Source: an uncultured Chitinophagaceae bacterium | GTDB lineage: Bacteria > Bacteroidota > Bacteroidia > Chitinophagales > Chitinophagaceae | DNA length: 64,000 nucleotides | NCBI GenBank assembly: GCA_964467635.1 | Contig: CAYXRN010000002.1 | Location: 1,388 to 65,387, forward strand | Direction: 5' to 3' | In this document: positions 49,719 to 59,874 of the stretch, piece after piece | Layout: each line of letters begins with the position of its first letter | Numbering within the stretch: the first letter of the stretch is position 1 | Notes under the pieces: generated by a model | Told to the model about the DNA's origin: nothing | What the model saw: only the letters and a program-made list of their open reading frames with translations | The model's database searches: none | Position numbers and translations under genes: made by a program

Positions 49719-51302
49719 ATGACTGAAATAAAACCTGATGAAATATCTGCGATATTACGTCAACAACTTAGCAACTTTAATGCCTCTGCTGACCTGGAAG
49801 AAGTAGGTACTGTTCTTCAGGTTGGAGACGGAATTGCACGAATTTATGGCCTTAATAATATTCGTTCCGGAGAATTGGTTGAATTTGAAAACGGGCTAAA
49901 GGCCATTGCACTGAATCTCGAAGAAGATAATGTGGGTGTCGTATTGATGGGCGAGTACAATGAGATCAAAGAAGGGGCAACGGTTCGCCGTACGGGCCAG
50001 ATCGCTTCGATAAAAGTAGGAGAAGGCATGGTGGGACGCGTGGTGAATACATTGGGAGAACCTATTGACGGTCAAGGTCCTTTGAGTGGAGAACTTTATG
50101 AAATGCCGATTGAGCGCAAAGCGCCGGGCGTGATATTTCGTGAGCCAGTAAAAGAACCGCTCCAAACCGGTATTAAAGCCATTGATGCCATGATACCTAT
50201 TGGTCGGGGCCAGCGTGAGTTAATCATTGGCGACCGCCAGACGGGTAAAACGGCTATTGCTATTGATACGATCATCAATCAGAAAGAATTTTACGAAGCC
50301 GGACAGCCGGTTTATTGTATTTATGTGGCCGTGGGACAAAAAGCGTCTACGGTAGCACAAGTAAGAAAAACACTTGAAGAACGCGGTGCACTTGATTATA
50401 CAACTATCGTTTCAGCTTCTGCCTCCGACCCGGCTCCCTTACAGTTCTACGCGCCGTTTGCAGGGGCTGCTATCGGAGAATATTTCCGGGATACGGGACG
50501 TCCAGCCCTCATCATTTATGACGACCTTTCCAAACAAGCTGTCGCCTATCGTGAGGTATCCCTGTTGCTCCGCCGTCCCCCGGGTCGTGAAGCCTATCCA
50601 GGTGATGTGTTTTACCTGCACTCCCGTTTGCTGGAACGTGCCGCAAAAATCATTACCAATGATGAGATCGCAAGCCGCATGAATGACTTGCCTGAAGCGC
50701 TTAAAGGTAAAGTAAAAGGAGGGGGGTCTCTAACTGCGCTTCCCATTATTGAAACACAGGCCGGTGATGTGTCCGCTTATATCCCTACCAATGTGATATC
50801 GATTACAGACGGGCAGATATTCCTGGAATCCGATTTGTTTAATGCCGGTATACGTCCAGCCATTAATGTAGGTATTTCAGTAAGTCGTGTGGGGGGTAGT
50901 GCGCAGATTAAATCCATGAAAAAAGTGGCCGGTACACTGAAACTGGACCAGGCACAATATCGTGAAATGGAGGCATTTGCCAAGTTCGGAAGTGATATGG
51001 ATGCGGCTACAAAATCTATTTTAGACAAAGGGGCCCGCAATGTCCAGATCCTTATACAGGGTCAATTTTCACCGCTTCCGGTAGAAAAGCAGGTAGCTAT
51101 CATCTATTTGGGAACAAACGGACTGATTTCTGAGGTACCACTGGATAAGGTACGCGAATTCGAAGAAGCTTTCCTGACAGAAATGGAAGCACAATTGCCC
51201 GATGTTCTCGCTGAATTTAAAAAAGGAAAACTACCCGAAGAGGGCATTGAAAAAATGATAGATCTTGCCAACGGCATTATTCCTCAATTCAAAGCTGAAT
51301 AA
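49719..51302 (+). CDS. atpA: F0F1 ATP synthase subunit alpha
   Basis: Walker A GDRQTGKT, plus [15 protein letters not shown] and [20 protein letters not shown]. Confidence 0.97.
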   Translation: MTEIKPDEISAILRQQLSNFNASADLEEVGTVLQVGDGIARIYGLNNIRSGELVEFENGLKAIALNLEEDNVGVVLMGEYNEIKEGATVRRTGQIASIKVGEGMVGRVVNTLGEPIDGQGPLSGELYEMPIERKAPGVIFREPVKEPLQTGIKAIDAMIPIGRGQRELIIGDRQTGKTAIAIDTIINQKEFYEAGQPVYCIYVAVGQKASTVAQVRKTLEERGALDYTTIVSASASDPAPLQFYAPFAGAAIGEYFRDTGRPALIIYDDLSKQAVAYREVSLLLRRPPGREAYPGDVFYLHSRLLERAAKIITNDEIASRMNDLPEALKGKVKGGGSLTALPIIETQAGDVSAYIPTNVISITDGQIFLESDLFNAGIRPAINVGISVSRVGGSAQIKSMKKVAGTLKLDQAQYREMEAFAKFGSDMDAATKSILDKGARNVQILIQGQFSPLPVEKQVAIIYLGTNGLISEVPLDKVREFEEAFLTEMEAQLPDVLAEFKKGKLPEEGIEKMIDLANGIIPQFKAE

Positions 51303-51321
51303 TAAATTAACCTAAAATGTC

Positions 51322-51356
51322 ATCCCGGTTTCTTTCTTGAGACCGGGATTTTTTTT
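51322..51356 (+). terminator. rho-independent terminator after atpA
   Basis: 8-bp stem ATCCCGGT / ACCGGGAT followed by a T8 run. Confidence 0.8.
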
Positions 51357-51427
51357 GGCCAAAACAACCCTTTTACGCATTGTGATTATCTACTATATCT
51401 GTGTAGTCTGTTAAATTTTGAGTAACT

Positions 51428-54175
51428 TTGAGCATTGCTCCAAATAATGAACTTATGATCAAACAAAAATTTGCCTCCCTTAAAGCACAGGGAGAATCCG
51501 TTAAAAAATTGCCCTTTTCTATAAGGATATTATTAGAAAACGCGTTAAGAAACCATGATGGTTTTGGTATTACAGATGAACACATAGAAACGTTAAAAAA
51601 CTGGCAACCCAAGGGGGTGGATAAGGAGATCCCCTATAAGCCGGCCCGCGTATTGATGCAGGATTTTACCGGTGTTCCCAGTGTAGTTGATATTGCTTCT
51701 ATCCGTGCAGAAGCTTCCCGTAAAGGAAAAGACGGAAGTAAAATTAATCCGGCTATCCCGGTCGATTTGGTTATAGATCACTCCGTACAAGTCGATTTCT
51801 TCGGTACGGAATACGCCTATAAGAAAAATGTTGAATTTGAATACGAACGCAATAAAGAGCGGTATCAGCTTTTAAAATGGGCACAACAAGGGCTCGAAAA
51901 CTTTACGGTCGTTCCCCCGGGAATGGGTATTTGTCACCAGGTCAACCTAGAACATTTAGCTAAAGGGATCATTGAAAGAGATGGCTGGGCATTCCCAGAT
52001 ACCCTGGTAGGAACAGACTCACATACCCCCATGGTCAATGGTATCGGTGTACTCGGATGGGGTGTAGGGGGAATCGAAGCCGAAGCGGCACTGCTCGGAC
52101 AACCCATCTATTTCTCCTGTCCAGAAGTTATCGGACTGAAACTAACTGGAAAACTGGAAGAAGGTATAACTGCTACCGATATGGTATTGGCTATCACCGA
52201 TTTATTGCGTCGTTATGGGGTTGTTGGTAAATTTGTGGAAGTATTTGGCGAGGGTTTGAACCATTTAACGGTTCCGGATCGCGCGACTATTTCCAATATG
52301 TCGCCGGAATTCGGTTGTACCGTAACTTATTTTCCTATTGATGATCAAACCCTGGAATACATGCGTCGGACCAACCGCTCTTCAGGGCAAATTCAGTTGG
52401 TGGAAGACTATTGTAAGGAAAATTTATTGTGGCGTACCGGAGAGGAAGAAATTACTTATTCTGATGTATTGGAATTGAACTTATCTGAACTGGAACCTGC
52501 TGTTGCGGGTCCAAAGCGTCCTCAGGACAAGATTCTGGTTAAAGACCTGCATGAAAAATTTGGCGAGCTTCTCTCCGATGAATTTAATCGTAAATACGTA
52601 CCTATCCCGGAGCGACGGGAACATGCGTGGCTGTCAGAAGGCGGATCCGGGACAGAATTCACCTTTAGTCTTAAGGAAGAAGCATCCGATGTTGCTGTAG
52701 AAGTAGAGGACCTGCATACGGTCCGTATGAAGCTGAAAAACGAGGAATATTTATTAAGCGATGGCAGCATCGCCATCGCAGCGATTACCAGCTGTACCAA
52801 TACCTCCAACCCTAGTGTAATGGTAGGAGCTGGACTAATCGCACGCAACGCGGTGGCCCGCGGATTGGATTCAAAGCCCTGGGTGAAAACCAGCATGGCT
52901 CCGGGCTCTAAAGTAGTTACCCAATATCTAACCCGCTCAGGCCTTATCGAAGATCTGGAAGCACTGCGTTTTCATACGGTGGGATATGGTTGTACTTCCT
53001 GCATTGGAAATAGCGGACCATTGCCGCCTCATGTGGCAAAGGCAGTGGAGGAAGATAAGTTGGTGGTGGCCTCGGTACTGTCCGGCAACCGAAATTTTGA
53101 GGCCCGTGTACACCCTCAGGTAAAAATGAACTTCTTGATGTCTCCCATGCTTGTGGTAGCCTATTCTCTTGTGGGACGCGTAGATATTGATCTGACTACA
53201 GAGCCGTTGGGAACTGATCCCAACGGGGAGAAGGTCTACCTCAAAGATATCTGGCCGACCCAGGAGGAGATTAATAAAGTTATTTTGGAATCGCTGAATC
53301 CCAACGATTTTAAAGAAACCTATGATGTGATCTATGACGGGGAAGAACAATGGCAAAGCCTTGAAGCTCCCTCAGGAAAAGATTACCAGTGGGATGAAAG
53401 CTCGACATATATACGAGAAGTACCTTTTTTCAAAAATCTACCTGAAAAGCCTTCCGAACCACAAGACATTGAAAAGGCCCGTGTATTGTTAAAGCTGGGA
53501 GATTCCGTAACGACAGATCATATTTCTCCGGCCGGTTCCTTCAGTGAAAGCTCTCCTGCAGGACAGTATCTGAAAGAACATGGCGTAGAGCGCCGTTTAT
53601 TTAACTCTTATGGTTCCAGAAGAGGGAACCATGAGGTCATGATGCGGGGTACTTTTGCCAATGTTCGGATCAAAAACCAGATCGCCAACAAAGAAGGCGG
53701 TTATACTACGCATTTCCCCGATAACGTGGAGATGACCGTATTCGATGCGGCGATGAAGTATGAAGAAGAAAAAGTCCCCTTAGTCGTTATTGCCGGCAAA
53801 GAATACGGCAGTGGCTCTTCAAGAGACTGGGCCGCAAAAGGTACAATTCTTCTGGGCGTAAGAGCAGTCATCGCAGAGAGCTACGAACGCATTCACCGCA
53901 GCAACTTGCTTTGTATGGGCGTATTGCCGTTGGAATTTACGGGAAGTGATAATGCAGCTTCTTTAAAGCTCGATGGCAAAGAAACCTATACCATTTCAGG
54001 TATTAGCGACGGACTGACCCCTGGTAAGAAGCTGAAAATTGTAGCTGAAAAAGACAATGGTGAAAAAGTAGAATTCGAAGTAAAATGCCGGTTAAATTCT
54101 GCCATCGAAGTAGATTATTATAAAAACGGTGGTATTCTTCAGTACGTTCTTCGCGATTATCTGAAGAAATCCTAA
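51428..54175 (+). CDS. acnA: aconitate hydratase A
   Basis: 915 aa with motifs DHSVQVD, GTDSHTPM, ITSCTNTSNP, CTSCIGNSG and GSSRDWAAKG. The start is ambiguous (TTG 51428 or ATG 51455). Confidence 0.95.
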   Translation: MSIAPNNELMIKQKFASLKAQGESVKKLPFSIRILLENALRNHDGFGITDEHIETLKNWQPKGVDKEIPYKPARVLMQDFTGVPSVVDIASIRAEASRKGKDGSKINPAIPVDLVIDHSVQVDFFGTEYAYKKNVEFEYERNKERYQLLKWAQQGLENFTVVPPGMGICHQVNLEHLAKGIIERDGWAFPDTLVGTDSHTPMVNGIGVLGWGVGGIEAEAALLGQPIYFSCPEVIGLKLTGKLEEGITATDMVLAITDLLRRYGVVGKFVEVFGEGLNHLTVPDRATISNMSPEFGCTVTYFPIDDQTLEYMRRTNRSSGQIQLVEDYCKENLLWRTGEEEITYSDVLELNLSELEPAVAGPKRPQDKILVKDLHEKFGELLSDEFNRKYVPIPERREHAWLSEGGSGTEFTFSLKEEASDVAVEVEDLHTVRMKLKNEEYLLSDGSIAIAAITSCTNTSNPSVMVGAGLIARNAVARGLDSKPWVKTSMAPGSKVVTQYLTRSGLIEDLEALRFHTVGYGCTSCIGNSGPLPPHVAKAVEEDKLVVASVLSGNRNFEARVHPQVKMNFLMSPMLVVAYSLVGRVDIDLTTEPLGTDPNGEKVYLKDIWPTQEEINKVILESLNPNDFKETYDVIYDGEEQWQSLEAPSGKDYQWDESSTYIREVPFFKNLPEKPSEPQDIEKARVLLKLGDSVTTDHISPAGSFSESSPAGQYLKEHGVERRLFNSYGSRRGNHEVMMRGTFANVRIKNQIANKEGGYTTHFPDNVEMTVFDAAMKYEEEKVPLVVIAGKEYGSGSSRDWAAKGTILLGVRAVIAESYERIHRSNLLCMGVLPLEFTGSDNAASLKLDGKETYTISGISDGLTPGKKLKIVAEKDNGEKVEFEVKCRLNSAIEVDYYKNGGILQYVLRDYLKKS

Positions 54176-54191
54176 CACAGACAAGGGACTG

Positions 54192-54300
54192 AATGCTGAT
54201 CTTTATGCTTCTTTTTGTTTTCGTCGGGAGAAAATGGGGATTTTTCCCTATTGGTTACCGGTTTTGCGAAAAACTGAACGGGGCAATAAAGATCAGCGTT
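54192..54300 (+). repeat. 15-bp inverted repeat closing a ~79-nt structured segment just 3' of acnA
   Basis: AATGCTGATCTTTAT (54192-54206) pairs with ATAAAGATCAGCGTT (54286-54300), with 12 perfect pairs in the core. An internal hairpin GGGAGAAA / TTTTTCCC is also present. Confidence 0.7.
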
Positions 54301-54905
54301 TAAAAAAGTTATTCTCCATCTTGCCTTAAGGCAAAAGCAGCTTCCGGGCAAGAGAGCGATCAGGTTAGTTGCATGGAAATGTTAGCCCGCGTGGAAAAAC
54401 AGTCGTTAAAATCACTGGTTAACAAAGCCTTCCCTTGTCGAAACGTACCCCTTCCGGCAAATATTGCCACTGTAAAAAAATCTATCCCTGTTGATAAGGC
54501 AATATTTAATGGTCTTCCGGCCAGAGAGAAGATTTTCATATTTCAGCCAAATTGCAGGCCATGGCCTGCTCCAATGCCACTCCATGCGCAATATCAATCT
54601 GAGAATTAAATATAGGGCCGCTGCACCAACCGCTATGGCACATGATCGGATCCTGCACCTGCTCCCCCGGCCCCAAATCGCTATACGTCTGATTTATTCG
54701 AAAAAAAGCCAGCTGGGTATAGCACCGAAGTGTATTTTGTGCAAATGCAGTATATTGAGCTGTTAAATGCAGGACAAATTAGCTTGAGAAAAAGATCTAT
54801 TTTAGACTCATTTAATTTTTGCCGGACAAAGTAGACAATGCAAGCGGGTTTATAACTAACAGCTGTTCAGTCACTATTCTTAATTACATATCTAAGCCAT
54901 AGCCC

Positions 54906-55550
54906 ATGAGTAATATCAAGCAAGAATTCAGAAGGCAATTTCAATTGGAGCGCATCATATTTTTCAGTGATGCGGTATTTGCCATCGCCATTACGTTGCT
55001 GATCATTGAGCTGCAACTTCCCGAGGTAACGATACAAACCAATGGAGATCTGTTACACGCATTGGGTACCATTTTACCAGATATCTTTGGATTTGTGATC
55101 AGTTTCTTTCTGATTGCCAGTTTTTGGAATCATCACCATAGTATTTTTGGCTATGTAAAAAATTTTGACACCGGATTGATCTGGCTGAATCTGATGACGT
55201 TGTTCTTTATTGTACTTATTCCCTTTACCACTACCTTATTGGGCTCTTACGGTAATCTGCTTGCTTCTACTACCATTTACACCATTAACATCCTCGGGGT
55301 AGGTGTTATGTTCTTTTTAATCTTGCGTCATATTTCTCGGAAGGGGGCAGCCCTTTCAATAGGGTTGGAGAACAAAAAATTTCGAAAAGGACTTTATTTG
55401 TTTTCGCTTACCATTCCTGCATGGATTTTAATCTGCTGGGTAATCGGGCTGGTAACCGCACCCGGTATAGGAGACTTTTTTCTCTTCGGGTTAAGCTTTG
55501 TTATTCCATTTTCTAAGAAAAAGTTTCTTTCTGGCAGGAATATCAAATAA
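54906..55550 (+). CDS. TMEM175-family (DUF1211) potassium channel
   Basis: Signature RIIFFSDAVFAIAITLLIIEL at TM1, six TM helices, 214 aa. Confidence 0.8.
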   Translation: MSNIKQEFRRQFQLERIIFFSDAVFAIAITLLIIELQLPEVTIQTNGDLLHALGTILPDIFGFVISFFLIASFWNHHHSIFGYVKNFDTGLIWLNLMTLFFIVLIPFTTTLLGSYGNLLASTTIYTINILGVGVMFFLILRHISRKGAALSIGLENKKFRKGLYLFSLTIPAWILICWVIGLVTAPGIGDFFLFGLSFVIPFSKKKFLSGRNIK

Positions 55551-55627
55551 ATTCGCTTTTTTTATAAAAAAAATCTACTTTAGCCCCTGTTTATTTAAAC
55601 CTTTATTTTTCACATTATTGTATTTTT

Positions 55628-57280
55628 ATGAACCTGCGCTTAATTGACTATCTGATCATTGGATTGTATTTTTTGTTTGTATTAGGGATTGGCATTATTA
55701 TCAAAAGAAAAGTAAAAACCAGTGGAGATTTTTTAATGAGTGGCCGGTCGATTCCTTTATGGATCACCAGTCTGGCTTTCATCTCAGCAAATCTTGGGGC
55801 CCAGGAAGTCTTAGGTATGGCAGCTTCTGGAGCGGAATACGGGATCATGACCAGTCACTTCTACTGGCTGGGGGCTATTCCCGCTATGGTATTTCTCGGC
55901 ATCTTTATGATGCCTTTTTATTATGGCAGTGAGGCACGCTCTGTACCGGAATACCTTGCGAAGCGATTCGATGAAAAAACAAGAGGATTTAATGCGTTCA
56001 CTTTTGCCGCAATGACGATTTTTTCTTCCGGCATCTCCTTGTATGCGTTGGCCTTGCTTTTTGAGGTTATCCTAGGATGGAGTTTTGAATTTTCTATCCT
56101 GCTTGCCTCTGGCATTGTCTTGGCCTATACCTTTCTGGGTGGCTTGACCAGCGCCGTTTACAATGAAGTACTTCAGTTTTTTCTGATCGTTCTGGGCATT
56201 GCGCCCCTGGTATACATTGGCTTGAATCATGTAGGCGGATGGGATGGTATTGTACAGCGGCTACCGGACGCCATGACTCATACCTGGAAATATATGGGCG
56301 ACGCGTCGGATAACCCGATGGGCGTAAATTGGTGGCAATTGGCGATGGGACTTGGTTTTGTACTTTCTTTCGGATATTGGTGTACAGACTTCCTTGTCGT
56401 GCAACGGGCTATGGTCACCCGAAACATGCGTTCGGCACAAAGCACGCCATTGATCGCTGCATTTCCGAAAATGCTCATGCCATTTATTGTCATTATTCCC
56501 GGGTTAATAGCCGCTGCCATGGTTGCTATGAATTCTGGGTATGTGATACCTGAAGGCCCGGGTGGAACAACTAATTACAATATGGTATTGCCCTCTTTGT
56601 TAAATGAATTTTACCCGAGCGGCATCCTAGGGGTGGGACTAACCGCTTTATTCGCTTCTTTCATGTCAGGAATGGCTGGGAATGTAACGGCTTTTAATAC
56701 AGTATGGACCTATGATATATATGAATCCTATATCAAGCCCGGCAAGAGTGATAAGCATTATCTGAATGTAGGAAGATTTGCAACGGTATTTGGAATTCTG
56801 GCATCGATTGGTACCGCCTACCTGGCCAGGGGGTTTGACAATATCATGGACTTTTTGCAGCTGGTATTTGGCTTTGTAAATGCACCATTGTTCGCCACCT
56901 TTGCTCTGGGAATGTTCTGGAAGCGTTCCACCGGACATGGCGCATTTTTCGGACTGGTGAGCGGAACAGCTGCTGCGGCCCTGACCTACAATATGACTAC
57001 CTCAGAAGGGAAGGGAGGTGCCATTGCGAACCTCCATCATTTCAGTTCTACAATGGCGCAAAGTTTTATGGTTGCTATTGTCGCTTTTACCACCTGTTTT
57101 ATCGTCACCATAATTATCAGCCTGTTCACCAAACCGCATCCTAAGGAGAAGCTGGTAGGCCTGGTTTACAGCCTTACTCCCAAACCAAAAACAAAAGATA
57201 TTGTTTGGTATAAAAGGCCAGTGTATATCGGGGTATTTATTCTGATAATAACTACTATTTTAAATTTAATATTCTTATAA
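55628..57280 (+). CDS. sodium:solute symporter (SSS family)
   Basis: ~13-14 TM helices with the N-terminal region FLMSGRSIPLWITSLAFISANLGAQEVLGMA typical of SSF transporters. Confidence 0.88.
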   Translation: MNLRLIDYLIIGLYFLFVLGIGIIIKRKVKTSGDFLMSGRSIPLWITSLAFISANLGAQEVLGMAASGAEYGIMTSHFYWLGAIPAMVFLGIFMMPFYYGSEARSVPEYLAKRFDEKTRGFNAFTFAAMTIFSSGISLYALALLFEVILGWSFEFSILLASGIVLAYTFLGGLTSAVYNEVLQFFLIVLGIAPLVYIGLNHVGGWDGIVQRLPDAMTHTWKYMGDASDNPMGVNWWQLAMGLGFVLSFGYWCTDFLVVQRAMVTRNMRSAQSTPLIAAFPKMLMPFIVIIPGLIAAAMVAMNSGYVIPEGPGGTTNYNMVLPSLLNEFYPSGILGVGLTALFASFMSGMAGNVTAFNTVWTYDIYESYIKPGKSDKHYLNVGRFATVFGILASIGTAYLARGFDNIMDFLQLVFGFVNAPLFATFALGMFWKRSTGHGAFFGLVSGTAAAALTYNMTTSEGKGGAIANLHHFSSTMAQSFMVAIVAFTTCFIVTIIISLFTKPHPKEKLVGLVYSLTPKPKTKDIVWYKRPVYIGVFILIITTILNLIFL

Positions 57281-57292
57281 AAAAAAGTTTGA

Positions 57293-57526
57293 ATGAAAAA
57301 TCTTCTTGATCTTCGGTTTATTATCGGGTTGTTCTTTTCACTTGTTGGGCTGGCACTCTTTATCGGCTCATTAAGCATGCAGGCGGGTATTGGAAAATCT
57401 GAAACGACAAACTTTTGGAGTGGTATCTTTTATATTGTATTCGGCGTGCTTATGATCATCTTATGGCTGGTGGGAAGAAATAAACCAGCGGCTGAGGAAG
57501 AAGTTGCAGATGCCCCCGTTACTTAA
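57293..57526 (+). CDS. small two-TM membrane protein following the symporter (hypothetical)
   Basis: Two hydrophobic helices and an acidic tail. It starts 12 nt after the symporter stop. Confidence 0.45.
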   Translation: MKNLLDLRFIIGLFFSLVGLALFIGSLSMQAGIGKSETTNFWSGIFYIVFGVLMIILWLVGRNKPAAEEEVADAPVT

Positions 57527-57562
57527 GGCGTAGATGCTTGTACATTATATATTTTTCAAATT

Positions 57563-58711
57563 ATGCAGGGAAAGGTAATTGGTGCAGGAATTGGAGGGTT
57601 GGTTACCGCAATCGCGCTACAACGACGGAACCTGATTACAAAAGTATATGAAGCAAAAGATGAGCCACCGAATCAGGGTGCGGGGATTATATTGGCTGTC
57701 AACGCCATGCGTATTTTAGATAAGTTGAATCTGGCGGATGAGGTTGTGAAAAGAGGCAATGAAATTCGCAGTGTTCACATCACGGACGAAAAACTTCAGG
57801 CGCTCTCTTCCAATTTGACAGCCACCGATGTAAAAAAATATGGCACTATAAATGTAGCCATTCACAGGGCAGAGCTGCAGGATATTCTGTTAAAGGCCAT
57901 ATCTGCAGATTCTGTTGAATGGGGAAAAAAATGCATCCGTGTCCATGAGAAGGAGCAGAAGTGTATTTTAGATTTTGACGACGGGACAAAGGCTTATGGA
58001 GATTATGTTATTGCGGCAGACGGAATTTACTCCACCATGCGTCAACAGTTATTTCCGGACGCCATGCTAAGGGACGTAAAACAGATCTGCTGGAGGGGAA
58101 TAGTCGCTTATGACCTATCCGAAAAATATCATCATCAGGCCATTGAAGCATGGGGAAGAGGAAGGCGATTTGGCTTCTCTAAGATCAACAACGACTTTAC
58201 ATATTGGTTTGCTGTTATTAATAAGCACGGCAATAATTTTAATTTTCGCGCCGATCTGCGAAAAGAACTACAAAAGCAATTCAACGATTTTGACCCCCTG
58301 TTTTCTCAAATGATAGCAGATACCCCGGAGACCCGCATTATCCGCAATGATCTTCAAGACTTAAAGCCTTTACGACAATGGTCGATGGGACGAACAGGAC
58401 TCTTAGGGGATGCCGCCCATGCTGTCACGCCCAATCTTGGCCAGGGGGCTTGTCAGGCTGTTGAAGATGCTTGGGTACTGGCCGACCTGCTGGACGCTTC
58501 CAAAAATCCGGGCTATGCCTTCCCAAAATACCAAAAATTGAGGAAACCGGTTACCGATTATGTAGCCAAATGGTCTTATCGCGTTGGGGAAATAGCACAC
58601 TATGAAAATGCATTTTTAACGTCCCTGAGAAATATAGCGATAAAGAAAACACCGCGGTCATTTTTTCAAAGACAGATCACTAAATTAATGGCACCGCGTT
58701 ACGAAGCTTAG
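57563..58711 (+). CDS. FAD-dependent aromatic-ring monooxygenase (salicylate hydroxylase/UbiH family)
   Basis: Motifs VIGAGIGGL (GxGxxG), ADGIYS and GDAAHAVTPNLGQGACQAVEDA. Confidence 0.85.
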   Translation: MQGKVIGAGIGGLVTAIALQRRNLITKVYEAKDEPPNQGAGIILAVNAMRILDKLNLADEVVKRGNEIRSVHITDEKLQALSSNLTATDVKKYGTINVAIHRAELQDILLKAISADSVEWGKKCIRVHEKEQKCILDFDDGTKAYGDYVIAADGIYSTMRQQLFPDAMLRDVKQICWRGIVAYDLSEKYHHQAIEAWGRGRRFGFSKINNDFTYWFAVINKHGNNFNFRADLRKELQKQFNDFDPLFSQMIADTPETRIIRNDLQDLKPLRQWSMGRTGLLGDAAHAVTPNLGQGACQAVEDAWVLADLLDASKNPGYAFPKYQKLRKPVTDYVAKWSYRVGEIAHYENAFLTSLRNIAIKKTPRSFFQRQITKLMAPRYEA

Positions 58712-58899
58712 GAAAGCCCGATGCTCATAAGTTTGCGACCGTTCTCCAAAAAGTTGGAGTCGAGCGGTTAATCATAAAGGGGAAGGTTATCCTTTCAGGT
58801 GAAACCCCTGATGCAACATTGTTCAATGTAGGCTTGTAAAGCCAAAAAGTTATATTTATCTTCGCTCCGTTTTTTATTCACTTTATTAATTAAAAAAAT

Positions 58900-59874
58900 A
58901 TGCTGAAAGAAATTCAGGTTTTAGGAGAAAAGGCTACCAGAGACGGCTTTGGCGCCGGAATACAGGAATTAGGTAATGAAAATGCGGAAGTAGTAGTTTT
59001 AACGGCCGATTTGGCCGGATCTTTAAAAATCGCCCCCTTTATCAAGGAACATCCTGAACGTTTTTTTCAGTGTGGTATTTCTGAAGCTAACATGATGGGC
59101 GTTGCTGCCGGGCTCACCATTGGCGGTAAAATCCCCTACACCACCACATTTGCAAATTTCTCTACTGGACGTGTATATGATCAAATCCGTCAATCTATAG
59201 CTTATTCAAGTAAAAATGTAAAAATATGCGCTTCCCACGCGGGGCTGACGTTGGGGGAAGATGGTGCGACTCACCAGATTCTGGAAGATATCGGCATGAT
59301 GAAAATGTTGCCGGGCATGGCGGTTATCGTGCCCTGTGATGCCAATCAAACCAAAGCGGCTACCAAAGCCATTGCCAATCATGAAGGTCCCGTCTACCTG
59401 CGTTTCGGCCGTCCCAAATGGCCGATTATCACTCCTGAAGATCAGCCTTTTGAGATCGGTAAGGCACAGGTACTTAACGAAGGTAAGGACATCACGATAT
59501 TTGCTTGTGGCCACCTGGTTTGGAAAGCTATTGAGGCCGGAAGGGTTTTAGAAGAACAAGGCCTGAGCGTAGAATTAATTAATATTCACACCATTAAACC
59601 ACTGGATACCGAAGCAGTGATTGCTTCTTTAAAGAAAACAGGCTGTGCAGTTACTTGTGAAGAACATAATGTGCTGGGAGGAATGGGTGATTACATTGCA
59701 CATATTGCCGCGCAACGCTGTCCGGCTCCAATAGAATTTATCGGCACGAATGATACTTTTGGAGAAAGTGGTAAACCCAACCAGCTCCTTGCGAAATACG
59801 GGTTGGATACGCCAAACATCATAGCCGCTGCGGAAATGGCCCTGGAAAGAAAGAGTAAGCCGGTAGCTGTATGA
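58900..59874 (+). CDS. transketolase family protein, C-terminal (pyrimidine-binding plus C-terminal domain) half
   Basis: Motifs FFQCGISEANMMGVAAGL and HAGLTLGEDGATHQ; 324 aa, the size of the split-transketolase B subunit. Confidence 0.85.
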   Translation: MLKEIQVLGEKATRDGFGAGIQELGNENAEVVVLTADLAGSLKIAPFIKEHPERFFQCGISEANMMGVAAGLTIGGKIPYTTTFANFSTGRVYDQIRQSIAYSSKNVKICASHAGLTLGEDGATHQILEDIGMMKMLPGMAVIVPCDANQTKAATKAIANHEGPVYLRFGRPKWPIITPEDQPFEIGKAQVLNEGKDITIFACGHLVWKAIEAGRVLEEQGLSVELINIHTIKPLDTEAVIASLKKTGCAVTCEEHNVLGGMGDYIAHIAAQRCPAPIEFIGTNDTFGESGKPNQLLAKYGLDTPNIIAAAEMALERKSKPVAV

